Origin: Heteronotia binoei
Lineage: Eukaryota
Length of the DNA stretch: 64,000 nt
Direction: 5' to 3'
Assembly (NCBI RefSeq): GCF_032191835.1
Contig: NC_083237.1
Coordinates: 23,808,001 to 23,872,000 of the forward strand
In this document: positions 61,610 through 64,000 of the stretch, in pieces
How the letters are laid out: every line of letters starts with the position of its first letter
How positions within the stretch are numbered: the first letter of the stretch is position 1
Made by a program: the position numbers and the translations under genes
The notes under the pieces: generated by a model
Databases searched by the model: none
Seen by the model: the letters and a program-made list of their open reading frames with translations, nothing else
What the model was told of the DNA's origin: nothing

Positions 61610-61797
61610 TCTGCAAGGCGGTCAAGAAGAGAACTGGCGGGTTGTCAGCTTCAGTCTCGGTGGGCATGTGCAGTGGGGCTTCTGCACATGCGCACTGGGT
61701 CCTGGGCGCGGAAATCCGCAGCTTTCAAGTTTACCGATCATGATCGGCACTGGCACCTATATCCCATAAGTGTGATGCAGAGAGGCCACGAAGATCG
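61610..61797 (-). repeat. DIRS 5' ITR
   Basis: Inverted match to 53855-54005, including GGTAAACTTGAAAGCTGCGGATTTCCGCGCCCAGGACCCAGTG. Confidence 0.9.
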
Positions 61798-61994
61798 TAT
61801 CATTTGTCCCAGGTAATAAAGTAATGCCTCGGTTTTACTTACTTCATATTGTAGGTCAGGATCACAAGAGGTCTGTATGTAAAATTCCCCCCTAATAAAA
61901 CCGCTATCAGGAAGGCAATGCTATGGGAGCAGTCTATTATAGGAGCCATCCATTATGAAATGGTACAATCAAGATGACCTGACCCAGATTGCCC

Positions 61995-62140
61995 AGGGTA
62001 GCTTGATTTTGTCTGATCTCAGAAGCGAAGCAGGCTTAGCCCTGGTTGGTTTTTGGATGGGGAAGCCTCAAGCATAGTTGCTATGCAGAGGCAGCAATGG
62101 CAGACCACCTCTGAACATTTCTTGTCTTGAAAACCCTACC
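61995..62140 (+). mobile_element. 5S rRNA-derived SINE with BovB-like tail
   Basis: GTCTGATCTCAGAAGCGAAGCAGG...CTGGTT..TTGGATGGG (5S-like), then GAGGCAGCAATGGCAGACCACCTCTG...TTGAAAACCCTA. Confidence 0.8.
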
Positions 62141-62292
62141 AGACTGCTTTAAGACCACTGTAACGAGAAGGCACTTTCCACCACCATCAAATTCAAGATG
62201 TTTGCCGCTTCTATGAGAAATAAGCCCCAAATCAGACAAGTTAGGGTCATGATGGTAATATGGATATTTTGAGATTCCTTAAACAGATAATG

Positions 62293-62590
62293 TACGGAGC
62301 CCCATGGTGCAGAGTGGTAAAGCTATCGAAGCCCGCTGCTCATGAGCATGATCGGAGTTTGATCCCAGCGGAAGCTGGTTCAGGTAGCCGGCTAAAGGTT
62401 GACTCAGCCTTCCATCCTTCCGAAGTCAGTAAAATGAGTACCCAGCTTGCTGGGGGGAAAGTGTAGATGACTGGGGAAAGCAATGGCAAACCACCCCATT
62501 AAAAAAAAAAGTCTGCTGTGAAAATGTCATGCTGTGATGTCACCCCAGAGTCGATAATGACTGGTGCTCGCATAGGGACTACCTTTACCT
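62293..62590 (+). mobile_element. Sauria-type SINE
   Basis: Full length; approximately 14-bp TSD TTAAACAGATAATG. Confidence 0.92.
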
Positions 62591-62650
62591 TTAAACAGAT
62601 AATGAATATAAGAAACATTGCACTGGGGTAACAGAAAACCAAATCAGGAG

Positions 62651-62964
62651 CAGGGGTGTAGCTAGGGCTTTCGGGACCCAGGGCCCAAGATTTATGTGGG
62701 CCCCCCTACGTGTGTGCACGCCGCCGGAAACAGGAAGTGACATCATGCCACCGCCGGAAACAGGAAGTGACATCACTTCCTGTGACATCGTTCCCCCCCC
62801 CCCCCACGCCACCTGCCGGAAGCAGGAAGTGACATCACTTCATGTGGCATCACTTCCCCCCAAATGACATCATTTCCCCCAAATGCCACTGCCGGAAACA
62901 GGAAGTGACTTCACAGCACTTCCTGTGACGTCCCCAAAAATCCCCCAAATATCACCGCCGGAAA
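62651..62964 (+). mobile_element. Left end of a hAT-like element with subterminal tandem motifs
   Basis: CAGGGGTGTAGCTAGGG start; repeated GCCGGAAACAGGAAGTGACATCA; right TIR not found. Confidence 0.6.
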
Positions 62965-63870
62965 CAATTTTGTTCTCAAATCCGTATATACTTCATCAGT
63001 ATATGGGATAAGGCACTTTCTCAACTGTGCTGCATAATGCAGCCTATTTATTTTGTCCTGTTTGCTCTGTTGGCTCTATCTGCGCCACCTTCATCACTTT
63101 CGGGGTGTGGATCCCCCAGTGGGGTGGGCTCCCGACTCCCTCCGCCGGCTGTTTCTGATAGCCCTGCGCCCCCTCTTTCATTTGATATGTGTCCCGTGCG
63201 GGTGCCACCCTCCCGCCGGGAGATGCCGCAAAATGAGCCCCCTTGAGGCTTATGGCGGCAGGGCTCGGGGGAAGCGAGCTAGACTGCTGTTCTTTTGAGG
63301 GGTTATAGAGTGTTTCGAGCCCGTCCCTGTGGCATCGGTCCCATCATTGTGGGACCCAGGGGGGCGGCGCAGCGACCCACCGAAGCAGCCTGTCACTAAT
63401 AACACAGGTCAAGATGCAGGACAGGAACCCGGAAGTGACTGACAGGCTGCTTCAGCGGGCCGCTGTGCCGCCCCCCTGGGTCCCATAACGATGGGACCGA
63501 TGCCACAGGGACGGGCTCGAAACACTCTATAACCCCTCAAAAGAACAGCAGTTTAGCTCGCTTCCCCTGAGCCCTGCCGCCATAAGCCTCAAGGGGGCTC
63601 ATTTTGCGGCATCTCCGGCGGGAGGGTAGCACCCGCACGGGACACATATCAAATGAAAGAGGGGGCGCAGGGCTATCAGAAACAGCCGGCGGAGGGAGTC
63701 GGAAGCCCACCCCACTGGGGGATCCACACCCCGAAAGTGATGAAGGTGGCTCAGATAGAGCCAACAGAGCCAACAGGACAAAATAAATAGGCTGCATTAT
63801 GCAGCACAGTTGAGAAAGTGCCTTATCCCATATACTGATGAAGTAAATACAGGATCTGAGATCAAAATTG
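62965..63870. repeat. Long inverted repeat: two 431-bp arms, 44-bp loop
   Basis: 62965-63395 vs 63440-63870 are reverse complements, about 90-95% identical by eye. Confidence 0.95.
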
Positions 63871-63946
63871 CACCAGAAGGCACAAACACAAAGCTCCCTT
63901 ACACTGAATCAATGCTTGGGTCCACCAAAGTCAGCATTGTCTACTC

Positions 63947-64000
63947 CAGGGGTGGCCAGAGTTGCTTAACAAAAGAGCAACACAGAATAAAGGTCAGATG
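63947..64000 (+). mobile_element. Start of a hAT MITE (runs off the window)
   Basis: CAGGGGTGGCCAGAGTTGCTTAAC, same family as 20618. Confidence 0.65.

Larger units (their letters stand above)
53803..61797 (-). mobile_element. DIRS1-type tyrosine-recombinase retrotransposon, full-length, decayed
   Basis: ITRs, ICR, gag-like ORF1, RT/RNase H, MT domain and YR all present in the expected order. Confidence 0.95.

Noticed and set aside
63037-63797. Mirror ORFs MQPIYFVL... resembling signal-peptide proteins
   Set aside because: They arise from the two palindrome arms; the short hydrophobic start is not sufficient evidence.

Overview
Vertebrate genomic DNA from a squamate reptile, most likely a gecko (inferred from Sauria/Squam-type SINEs, BovB, CR1 and many hAT MITEs). 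Left to right: a C19orf85-like gene (+); a compact replication-dependent histone mini-cluster at 12-29.6 kb (H1+, H3-, H4+, H4+, H3+, H1-, H4-), every gene with a 3' stem-loop and HDE and with no recognisable H2A or H2B; then ZNF579 (-) and FIZ1 (-). The flanking genes match human 19q13.42 by recall, a region not known to me to carry histone genes. The two H1 genes form a near-perfect 1263-bp inverted repeat, while the H3 and H4 paralogues are strongly diverged at synonymous sites. A CCAAT-N10-CDE/CHR-like cassette occurs in both H3 promoters and at two orphan sites with no CDS. The right end holds a structurally complete but decayed DIRS1 tyrosine-recombinase retrotransposon (ITRs and ICR) interrupted by a young CR1 LINE. 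Several foldback palindromes are also present. There is one 132-N gap at 20656-20787. All family and gene assignments come from motif recognition by eye; no database searches were run.
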